In this document: one piece after another, positions 63,796 through 64,000 of the stretch | Layout of the letters: each line of letters begins with the position of its first letter | How positions within the stretch are numbered: the stretch's first letter is position 1 | NCBI RefSeq assembly: GCF_001194135.2 | Contig: NC_068981.1 | Location: 93,696,350 to 93,760,349 of the forward strand | Reading direction: 5' to 3' | DNA: 64,000 nucleotides | Source: Octopus bimaculoides | Lineage: Eukaryota | Notes under the pieces: model-generated | Databases searched by the model: none | Told to the model about the DNA's origin: nothing | What the model saw: only the letters and a program-made list of their open reading frames with translations | Made by a program: the position numbers and the translations under genes

Positions 63796-64000
63796 AGTAA
63801 TGACGCTACAACTATAACAAGCAATCCTCTACGTCGCCGCTGGAAATAGCAATCAAATCTCTCTCAAATCACACCATGCTATCTTACAAAAGATAAGACA
63901 CACTGGATAATATAGTTCAGTGTGAGAAAATGAGGGCAGTATCGAGCATAGTTGGAATGGTCTTGATCAAACAACAACCATAAGAAACAAAGAATAACTA

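Overview
AT-rich eukaryotic (metazoan) DNA, probably intronic or intergenic. It has very dense microsatellites and 16 assembly gaps, 14 of which abut a microsatellite. The repeat families resemble those I recall from Octopus genomes (inference, not searched). I cannot support any host protein-coding gene; almost all listed ORFs are microsatellite or N-gap artefacts, and only two weak micro-exon candidates were seen. The window is mostly mobile-element debris: several tRNA-derived SINE families (my labels A-F), a decayed Penelope-like element (RT plus GIY-YIG), and fragments of RTE, CR1/L2-like and R4/Dong-like LINEs. It also holds Tc1 and mariner fragments, foldback MITEs, three very short solo LTRs with 5-bp target-site duplications, and a collapsed LTR-PBS-LTR remnant. 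The top finding is an apparently intact type I hammerhead ribozyme at 5441-5509 with a compensatory U3-A8 core pair and a palindromic stem III; several decayed hammerhead-like relics lie elsewhere. The second is evidence at two loci that SINE family A repeatedly re-inserts into its own regenerated target site.
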